The notes under the pieces were generated by a model, which was not told where the DNA came from, searched no databases, and saw nothing but the letters and a program-made list of their open reading frames with translations. Shown piece after piece: positions 24,522 through 32,269 of a DNA stretch of 64,000 nt; the stretch's first letter is position 1, and each line of letters starts with the position of its first letter. Source of the DNA: Schmidtea polychroa (taxonomy: Eukaryota); contig CM097885.1 in assembly GCA_044892525.1 (NCBI GenBank), positions 32,490,001-32,554,000 of the forward strand, given 5' to 3'. The translations under genes and the position numbers were made by a program.

Positions 24522-25115
24522 TCATTTTGGTAAAGGATCCGTTGGAAAGGGCTTCAAGTATAAACCTTTGCCATTTTTAGTTTTACAAAGACATCCATTC
24601 TTTAAAGATTTACATATTTTTTTTAAATCTTCTTTATCTTTTGAAGATAAAGATTCAGATGTAGAAATTTGATTTTTTAAAAAATCATTTAAACCTCTAC
24701 CTTTATAAGGATCAAGATAGAGACCTTTGCCCTGAGACTTTTGCCGACTCCCCTCATATGGATTAAGATAGAGACCCTTTCCAACGGACACTCCCCCTTT
24801 AGCTTGCCCTACCTTCTTCATTGAATCGATTTCAGTTTGAAGTTTTTCTTTTTCTAGGTCTGTCTTTTGAGATTCTTTAGCTTTTTGAACTGTAGTTGCA
24901 ATTCCTCCAGCTATTCCAGCAGCACCTGATAAACCAGCAATGATTGCAGGTATTAAAGCAGCTAATGGAAGAATGCCACCTTCTTTAGCTTCGTGGATCT
25001 TCGCTCTAACTTGTTCTTTTACATGTTTTCCAATAAAATATTTTTTACCATCAATTACTACTGATTTATTTTTATTTGAATTTATTAATTCTTGCAAAGA
25101 TTCTTCAGTTGTCAT
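24522..25115 (-). CDS. pX/Mu-like virion core protein with GKGLYL repeats
   Basis: 197 aa; EGGILPLAALIPAIIAG resembles the adenovirus pX GG(F/I)LP hydrophobic motif; three GKGLYLxP repeats. Confidence 0.75.
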   Translation of the reverse strand: MTTEESLQELINSNKNKSVVIDGKKYFIGKHVKEQVRAKIHEAKEGGILPLAALIPAIIAGLSGAAGIAGGIATTVQKAKESQKTDLEKEKLQTEIDSMKKVGQAKGGVSVGKGLYLNPYEGSRQKSQGKGLYLDPYKGRGLNDFLKNQISTSESLSSKDKEDLKKICKSLKNGCLCKTKNGKGLYLKPFPTDPLPK

Positions 25116-25130
25116 TTTATAATAAACAAA

Positions 25131-25922
25131 ATGGATATTTGGAAACCAATTTTAAATAGACATAAGAGTAAATTTAATAATAAAGTATTTCCTGATAATT
25201 TTAGATTATTAATTGTTGGTTCTTCTGGATGTGGAAAGAATGTACTTGTTTTGAGAATGTTACTTGAAGATGATTTTTTAGATTATAATAATTTAATCTT
25301 TTATTCTACAACCATAAATCAACCAGAATTACAACTTTTGAAATGTGGATTTGAAAATAAATTAACTAAAAAAGCAATAATTGATATTTTTAAAAATCAA
25401 CATAGGTGTCCTGAAGAAGTTTTTCAACCTTGTGATATGGTTGATTGGTATAAGGAAAAGATTTTAGAATCAGATATTAGTAATAAAAATGATTATATTT
25501 GTGAAGAAGGGCAGGAGGCAATTCAAGTTTTATTCTCTAATAAACCTGAAGATGTTTTACATTGTGATTTACTTCCTAAAGATAAAAAGAATCTAGTTAT
25601 ATTTGATGATGTTGTTAATATGAAAAATCAAGAGATTCAAAAGAGTTACTTTACACGAGGTCGACATAATAATTGTAATGTTATTTATATATCTCAAACA
25701 TATTATGCTTTAGATAAAAATTCAATAAGAAATAATTCCAATTGTTTTATATTTTTTAAATTAGATCGCCGTGATAAGAATATGATTTATAATGATTTAT
25801 TTTCAAATGTTGAACCTGATAAGAATATGTTTGATATGTTTGTTGATAATCATTGGAAAGAAAAATATAATTATATTTATTTGGATAGAGAAGAAGCTGA
25901 AATATGGAAAAGTTTGTTTTAG
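25131..25922 (+). CDS. FtsK/A32-like genome packaging ATPase
   Basis: Walker A GSSGCGKN, Walker B LVIFDD, FTRGRH arginine finger, SQ and IRNN motifs. The ATG at 25131 (AAAATG) is preferred over the TTG at 25092. Confidence 0.93.
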   Translation: MDIWKPILNRHKSKFNNKVFPDNFRLLIVGSSGCGKNVLVLRMLLEDDFLDYNNLIFYSTTINQPELQLLKCGFENKLTKKAIIDIFKNQHRCPEEVFQPCDMVDWYKEKILESDISNKNDYICEEGQEAIQVLFSNKPEDVLHCDLLPKDKKNLVIFDDVVNMKNQEIQKSYFTRGRHNNCNVIYISQTYYALDKNSIRNNSNCFIFFKLDRRDKNMIYNDLFSNVEPDKNMFDMFVDNHWKEKYNYIYLDREEAEIWKSLF

Positions 25923-25933
25923 GGCTTGTCGAC

Positions 25934-26896
25934 TTAAAAATCTGTTTTCTGTAGTTCATTATTATAAAATCTACCTAATATTTTTTCATTATTTAAATCA
26001 AAGATGCTATATGTTATTGGAGTTGTATAATGTATTTTATTTATAATAAAAATTTCATTTGTCCATTTTGCTGTGAATCCTTTTTCAAATTTATTTTTAT
26101 ATTTAAATATTCTTACTCGGTCACCAATTTTAAACTTTGGTTTTTCAATAACATCATTTTCAATATTTACCACTTTAATGGTTTCAGGCTTCATGGAAGC
26201 ATTTAAAGGTGTTAATTTTATAGAACTATGTACATCATTATTATATTCATTTACAATCTTTTGTAACAATTCATTGTTCCATTTTTGTTTTCCAATAGCA
26301 GTAAAATATTTCCACATTTTATTTTTTAATGTTCTATTTAATCTTTCAACTACGACTGCTTTTCCTTCGTTTTCTGTTGAATATAATTTAATATCATTTT
26401 CATTTAAAAACTTTGTAAAAACTTTGTTATAAAATTCTGTTCCTTTATCACACCATAAATATTTTGGGATTCTTTGATTTTCTTCAAATATATTTTCAAA
26501 TGCTTCTGTAATAGAATATCCTGTTTTATTTTCTAAACATCTTGCAAAAGCAAATCTTGTATATAAATCTATTACAGTTAAAATTATTTTATATTTTTCA
26601 GGGTCTGATGATTTGGGCATAAAGACTAAATCTGCAGACCATGTTTGATCTTTTTCATGTACTTGAACTTTTAAATATTTTTTATTTTTTCTAAATTCAT
26701 GGTGTAATTCCTTTGCATATTTTATTTCTGATTCTGTTGGGGTTTGTAAACTAGTCTTGGCTGTACTCTCGAGGGATCTTTCAATCTCTGCTTGTTCGAT
26801 AATCTTTTTATAAGCAACATCTTTTGCTTTCCTAGGAAGTCTTGCACCCATGGTGATCGGACTGTGTCCTAAGCCTATGAAAATCTTACCTTTCAT
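25934..26896 (-). CDS. int: Retroviral-type (rve) DDE integrase, probably the 3' part of a PLA2-integrase fusion
   Basis: WSADL, WCDKGTEF and VVERLNRT (DDE triad), HSSI..TP, FKIGDRVRI, FEKG...W..EIF; no chromodomain. Confidence 0.95.
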   Translation of the reverse strand: MKGKIFIGLGHSPITMGARLPRKAKDVAYKKIIEQAEIERSLESTAKTSLQTPTESEIKYAKELHHEFRKNKKYLKVQVHEKDQTWSADLVFMPKSSDPEKYKIILTVIDLYTRFAFARCLENKTGYSITEAFENIFEENQRIPKYLWCDKGTEFYNKVFTKFLNENDIKLYSTENEGKAVVVERLNRTLKNKMWKYFTAIGKQKWNNELLQKIVNEYNNDVHSSIKLTPLNASMKPETIKVVNIENDVIEKPKFKIGDRVRIFKYKNKFEKGFTAKWTNEIFIINKIHYTTPITYSIFDLNNEKILGRFYNNELQKTDF

Positions 26897-26917
26897 TGCT
26901 AATTTAACTAGAGCTCT

Positions 26918-27319
26918 TTAAATCTTTTCTTGGGTTGATGGATTTTGGATACTATTTAAATCATGTATTAAATTCACATCTGCAACATGTCTATCTCTAA
27001 GATTTGTTGAATTGTATGCAATGTCATATTTTAAAGCTGCTTGATCAATTCTATTTATTGGTTCTTCTCCTTGTTTGGGATTATTATTTTCATCTAATCT
27101 AATATCTAATCTTGTTCCTGGTCCAGTATAGTTGTGTTTAAATAAATGTCTTTCACCTGGATATTTTTCTGTAGTAAAAGGTTTTAATATTGAAGATGTT
27201 GTTTTTGAAGATTGCAAATCGCCTCCTGTATGTTTTTTAGTTTTAAGATGGCTTGCTTTATGATGTCTTGTAACTTGACAATTACAAGTTTCACATCTCC
27301 AATATTTATTTAAAGACAT
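26918..27319 (-). CDS. Zinc finger plus parvovirus-like phospholipase A2 domain, in frame with the integrase across one TAA
   Basis: CETC..H.....H finger, then HNYTGPGT.L..RL, PINRID.AALKYDIAY and R..AD. The catalytic HD appears as YD. The TAA at 26918-26920 is followed in frame by RALVKLAMKGK..GLG. Confidence 0.85.
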   Translation of the reverse strand: MSLNKYWRCETCNCQVTRHHKASHLKTKKHTGGDLQSSKTTSSILKPFTTEKYPGERHLFKHNYTGPGTRLDIRLDENNNPKQGEEPINRIDQAALKYDIAYNSTNLRDRHVADVNLIHDLNSIQNPSTQEKI

Positions 27320-27348
27320 TTTAAAATGTTAAAATATCAGGGATTATA

Positions 27349-28641
27349 TCAAGAATCTCCCCTAACATTTTCGATTATTGAAATCTTTCCACCATATAAT
27401 TTCATTTCTATTTTCTTTTCTTCTAATATTAATGTATATACTTTAGCTTTAAAATTAGAATCCTTTGTTACATGAAGTGTAACATCAACATTATTTATGG
27501 CTAGGCGATCATCTTGGTCTGAAACATTTATACAAAATATAGAATATAAATTTTTGAAATCTTCTAAACTTAATTGCGGTTCAACTTTGAAATCATAACA
27601 TGTTTCAATATAATTTAGATATGGGAATATGTTTTCATTATTTTCAATATTAAATTCCATTCTATTTATTGGATAATAAGAACTATTTAATTGAATTTGG
27701 ATTGTTTTTAAATTATCAACTCCAATCTTTTGAATAAACAAGTTGTTATTTTTTTGAAAAGATGAATCTACTTCTTTGAATCCAATCAAGATATATCTTG
27801 GTCGGTATGCTAAATTTGCTACCTTTATAGAATATGTTGAACCCTCTGTCATACTAAATTCACTACAGATTCTATTTAAATAATTTACATTTATAGACTT
27901 GTTGGAATTTAATCTTTCAAGGAGTTTAATCTCAGAATGTGGGTTTAATGTCCATTCAGGTATATGTAATTCAAGTGTTGATAATTTTAATTTAGCTTTT
28001 GTATCTACAGCTCCATAGAACAATCTTTTATCACCTTCTACTCTATTACAGATGAATTCTATAAAAACATTATGAAGTATACGATTATAGTTTTGAAGGA
28101 ATCCAAACAAGTGTTTTAATTCAAAATAACCTTCAAATTTTTTAGATTTATAAAGTTCAGCTCTTTTATAGTAACCATGGTTTACATCTAAACCATCTTT
28201 ATCTAAATCCCCTTTATTAACATCAGGAATCCAACCTGTTAATTCACCATATTCATTTTTATAATCACAACCAGTCAAAATAAAATTTAACATTGTAGAA
28301 TATACTCCCGGATGTAAAACAGCTTCAATTTCTGATGATCCTAGTTTTAATCTCATATTGGAGAATAAATTTGGAAAGAAATTATTTTCTAGGGTTATAT
28401 CTTTGTTTGCTTCAATTTCTAATTCGATTTTATAATATAATTTGGCATTACAAATATCTATAGGGTTTGATGTTTGAAGAGATTGAAAAACTATATCACC
28501 CCTACGATTTAAGTTTGCAATAGATCCTGAAGTTGGGGAGATTTTAAGTACATCGTTTTTCTTGATTTCATGAGTAAATTCTTTATTATAATCAAGATTT
28601 AATTTATTTTTTTCTTGAATTTTAAGATTTATATTATTCAT
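27349..28641 (-). CDS. Major capsid protein (double jelly-roll)
   Basis: 430 aa beta-rich ORF; NNFFPNLFS..RL.LG...IE, LKHLFGFL..Y, PRYILIGF, LN...YP and F..LYSIFCI.VS motifs typical of Polinton MCP. Confidence 0.9.
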   Translation of the reverse strand: MNNINLKIQEKNKLNLDYNKEFTHEIKKNDVLKISPTSGSIANLNRRGDIVFQSLQTSNPIDICNAKLYYKIELEIEANKDITLENNFFPNLFSNMRLKLGSSEIEAVLHPGVYSTMLNFILTGCDYKNEYGELTGWIPDVNKGDLDKDGLDVNHGYYKRAELYKSKKFEGYFELKHLFGFLQNYNRILHNVFIEFICNRVEGDKRLFYGAVDTKAKLKLSTLELHIPEWTLNPHSEIKLLERLNSNKSINVNYLNRICSEFSMTEGSTYSIKVANLAYRPRYILIGFKEVDSSFQKNNNLFIQKIGVDNLKTIQIQLNSSYYPINRMEFNIENNENIFPYLNYIETCYDFKVEPQLSLEDFKNLYSIFCINVSDQDDRLAINNVDVTLHVTKDSNFKAKVYTLILEEKKIEMKLYGGKISIIENVRGDS

Positions 28642-28697
28642 TTTTATATATTAAAATTTACACACACACAATAGGATTAATTAAATATATTATGTAA

Positions 28698-28771
28698 GCC
28701 ATTATAGCGGAGTGGGAATAGGCTTCAATTTTATCACCGGGAGTACCGGGTTCAATTTTCGATTTTGGTCA
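28698..28771 (+). ncRNA. tRNA-like Pol III unit 1 (Asp/Glu-like 3' half)
   Basis: A-box TAGCGGAGTGG (28705), B-box GGTTCAATT (28749), GCCA/TGGT acceptor pairing and a T7 terminator at 28773; anticodon arm degenerate. Confidence 0.65.
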
Positions 28772-28931
28772 ATTTTTTTCGATATTTTTTTTTCAACGGA
28801 ATCTGATTCAGCGTACTGATTTTAGTATATATTTAAATTTTCAGATGGATCTGAGTGGTAGTTGTCGAGAAAATGAATAATTAATTATTAATTTCATCAA
28901 TAAATAGTCACACATTAACAACTTATTTCAT

Positions 28932-29005
28932 ATTGAGTATAGCTTAGTGGTAATAGCACTCGACTGCATTGCCAATACCAATGGGTTCAAATCCCATTTC
29001 GGTCA
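28932..29005 (+). ncRNA. tRNA-like Pol III unit 2 (tRNA-Cys-like)
   Basis: A-box TAGCTTAGTGG (28940), D-stem GCT/AGC, CTGCA anticodon-like loop, perfect T-arm ATGGG-TTCAAAT-CCCAT and a T8 terminator at 29006; anticodon stem unpaired. Confidence 0.8.
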
Positions 29006-29172
29006 TTTTTTTTCAAATTTTTTTTTTAAACAAAATATTGATCAGCATACTCGATTTAGTACTTGTACAAATTTTAAAGGTGATTGGTCAACGGCAACTC
29101 TTGGAAATTTAAGATCAAAAACGTTTTAACTTGAATCGATTATTTATAGTCTAAAAAATGACAAAAATTCAA

Positions 29173-29245
29173 ACCTTGATGGCGCAGTGGGCTAGACTGA
29201 CACAGTGGTTCAAATAGATAGCGGTTCAAATCCTAACTGTGGTTA
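29173..29245 (+). ncRNA. tRNA-like Pol III unit 3
   Basis: A-box TGGCGCAGTGG (29180), B-box GGTTCAAATCC (29223), ACC/GGT acceptor pairing and a T8 terminator at 29247. Confidence 0.7.
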
Positions 29246-29413
29246 GTTTTTTTTCAACATAAAAATAATATTAAAAATTTGAAAATAATAGTGTGGGTAT
29301 CTTATATTTATAAAGTACTTGTATATTTTATTTTATTTATTTTATTTTATTTTATTTTTTTATTAATTAATTATTTTTTAAACATAAATATGAAAAAAAA
29401 AATATTGAAACGG

Positions 29414-29486
29414 GTGATGGTGGCGAACCGGTAATTATCGCCACCTGTCTTTCGAACACCCCCGGATCGATTCTATAATGTGCACA
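29414..29486 (+). ncRNA. tRNA-like Pol III unit 4 (Asp-like), possibly with an extended 3' trailer
   Basis: A-box TGGCGAACCGG (29421), TATCGCCACCTGTC resembling the tRNA-Asp anticodon arm 5' side, B-box-like GGATCGATTC (29464), and an 8-bp hairpin GGTGGCGA/TCGCCACC. No immediate long T-run. Confidence 0.55.
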
Positions 29487-29840
29487 TTTATTTCTTGGTT
29501 GTTTTCGGACCTCTTTCGGATTCGCTTTCGAATTCATTTGTACTTTCGAGCAGCACGCTTAAAACGCCGTTGAAATCGACTTCGTGAGCGAGAAGCGAAT
29601 AATAAGGCGTGCTGCTATTATCGGATTGATTCTGATGTATGAGTCTGGCCAGCTTGTATATTGGAAGAGATTTGATAAACGAAAGAGGTTGATAAATAAA
29701 AAAAAAATGATCCGGATCAAAAAAAACTGTTGAGGGGACAGTGAAAAAAAAAAAAAAAAAAAAAAAATACCACTGTCCCCTCAGAGCAGTTTTACTATTT
29801 TCATAAAATTTTTAATTTTTAAAACTTTCAAAACCTTAAG

Positions 29841-30173
29841 GTGATCAGGCGACCTAGATCATTATGAATTAGGTAATCTGATATTCTTATAACATTAAAT
29901 CCTTATAACATTTAATCCTTAAGACCAAGTAGTGAGAAATCTATGCACCCCGTTACCTTTTCTCGGAATTACTAATCTATAAATACATCTATTCCGAACT
30001 TTTTTACTTTTAAGGGAAGAAATTAAGGGTTAATGGCAATAGGGGACAAAGTTTAAAAGTTAAAAAAAGTGAAGAATATGGGGTAAAAAAGCATATAAAT
30101 GTGGAAAATATGGGTCAATAGCGCTGTTTTTTTTGAGGGTGGGGGTGCTGGGGTGCATAGATTCCTCACTACT
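29841..30173 (-). repeat. Polinton right terminal inverted repeat (333 bp)
   Basis: Reverse complement of 15221-15552. Confidence 0.95.
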
Positions 30174-32269
30174 AAGTTTCATTCTCTTTTTTAAAATATA
30201 GCAATTACAAGTGACTACAACACAAAAACATGTTTTTCTACTTATGTAGCAGAACTACCATTTTTAAGAAATAAAATTAATAATAATATATCATCTTTTT
30301 GACAAAATTTATTTTTTTATAGAAACATATCTAGTAACATGGGACAATAAAAACGGAGAAAACTATCCACTATTACGGGACAGATCAAAAATCATAATCA
30401 ATTTTCATTACTAAATTTTATTGTTTAAACAAAATTTAAATACCCAAATAAATTGCCATAATTAATTTAAAGAATTTAATTTTATTAAATAATATTTAAA
30501 TTCTACTTAAATTAGATAGTTTATATGAATGTGGTAAATTCTATTTTCTTTAACAATTATTCTAAATAAACAATAGTGATTGAATATTTGTGATTGAAAA
30601 GCCTATATAATAAATTCTTAAATAAATGTTAAAAATATTTGAAGCTACTAATAAATTATGGTTAAAATAGAATTAAAAGATTTTTTCTTGAATTAAATAA
30701 ATAAATTTCAAATATTTGTTTTATTTATGAAAACAATAGTAAATTCAATATGCAAATTAAAACAAACACTTTACAACAGAAGGAATTGAACGCTCAATAA
30801 ACAAATGAAAACGGAAATTAATAAATCCAAATAAATTGATTTATATTTATTACAATTATTTATCTTTTTTAATTAATTAAAGTTTTACTAAATATGAAGC
30901 TAGAAAAAAAACATTAAAACTTTATAATTTAAATTCGTTTTCTCTAGAAATTGAATTTTCATCAACAAAAATATTTTAAAATGTAAATCTAATTGTAAAT
31001 TTGAAAACATTAATTGCAATTGAAATTTTTAAAATAATTTTAGTGAATTTGTTTTATATTTCATCAGCTTAGAATAAACTGAAAACAATAAATAATATTT
31101 TTTAATTTTAAAAGCGTCATATGGGATATTAAGAATCAAATTTCATTTTGTAGAATATATTACAAAAGAACTAAAACAATACAAATTTTGGATATTTTTT
31201 AATAAAATGTTTTAATAATTATTGAACAAAATTTCGAAATTTGTTTTAATGAATAATATTTGCAAATTTAAACTGATTTTTCATAATTATCTAAAAAAAT
31301 TATGTGCCGGTCACAATATCATAATTATCATACAAGATATATTATTTATAAGATATTTAAATATTAAAAATTAAATATTATATTAAGTAAATAAATTATA
31401 TTTGTTTATCTATACACTTTAATTTTACTTTCCGAAATCAAACATGTTTAACGAAATCACTGAAGTTTCTAAAAAAGTCGAATCATCAGAAGTAGTTGTT
31501 GAAGTTGAAGAAACCTAATAAATCGATCAAGGTCAATCAACAAATGTCATAAATAAATGTTGCATTTCAATACTGAATCATATCTTAATAATAACTGGTC
31601 GATCGTGGAATTATTTATGAAAATATAGTTAAATAAATTGGTAAACTATTTTTGCAGTGTTTATTAGTTAAAGTTATTTCGACCTAAAATGGGTCCTTTT
31701 CACTGATCTTTCTTTCTATCTTCCTCTCTATTTGAATTTATTTTTTTAATTATTTTAATTTGTTTAAATTGTTATACTTTTTCCGAAATATATCAGGCGA
31801 TAAACTAGATTTAACTCAAAAGAAATAGTAACCAAATCCCCAACAAACAAGAAAGTGAGTAGATTACACTTGAAGAAGATCAGCAAAACGAGAAATCGAT
31901 ATATTAGGACTATTATTTATTCAAAAAAAATAATTAAGGGTTCCCAAATTTGTATTTTAGATGGATGTATTTATTTGATCTATCATTTTATGTTCGTTTT
32001 TTAATAAATAATAGTTTGCTTTCATAAATATAGGTAAATATATGGAACAATTTGATATGGTCTTGATATTAATTTATTACTGCTGCTTTTATAAGCATTA
32101 CAGTGCAACTAAACAAAATAATTATCAAGCACTTCAGTTGTGTTTCGGCTCATTCAAGTAGGTAGATAGAGGCCCCCTGCCGCAACCCCCCCCCCCTCCC
32201 CCCCCCTGCGGCAAGAATTTTTTTGCGGCACGATTTTTTTTGCGGCAACTTTTTGATTACGCAATTTTT

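Larger units (their letters stand above)
15221..30173. mobile_element. Polinton/Maverick endogenous virus, 14,953 bp, near-intact
   Basis: 5'-AGTAGT...ACTACT-3' termini, ~332-bp TIRs, 6-bp TSD AAGTTT (15215-15220 and 30174-30179), and a full pPolB/INT/ATPase/protease/MCP/mCP gene set. Confidence 0.98.
14187..30384 (+). mobile_element. Defective DD39D/Stowaway-type Tc1-mariner element interrupted by a hAT fragment and by the Polinton
   Basis: TA|CTCCCTCTGTC at 14185-14197 is a Stowaway/DD39D TIR start that resumes as ATAGTGGATAGTTTTC at 14565-14580. Its inverted partner GAAAACTATCCACTATTACGGGACAGA ends at 30384. The peptide VQNCMIESFKVNGGNNYKQPHM (15023-15205) matches the DD39D transposase C-terminus. 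Confidence 0.7.

Noticed and set aside
25092..25130. TTG start for the ATPase given in the ORF track
   Set aside because: It overlaps the divergent gene; the ATG at 25131 has the element's typical AAAATG context.
21966..26432. Small ORFs overlapping Polinton genes (21966, 23598, 24940, 25756, 25792, 26073)
   Set aside because: They are antisense or alternate-frame shadows of genuine ORFs, with no motifs.
28698..29486. Calling the four units functional tRNAs
   Set aside because: The anticodon stems do not pair and the acceptor stems are imperfect; only the promoter boxes, some arms and the terminators are retained.
29601..29617. Minus-strand TAGCAGCACG equals the 5' end of miR-16
   Set aside because: A 10-nt match is on the strand opposite the Pol III units, and the host appears to be an invertebrate; chance is likely.
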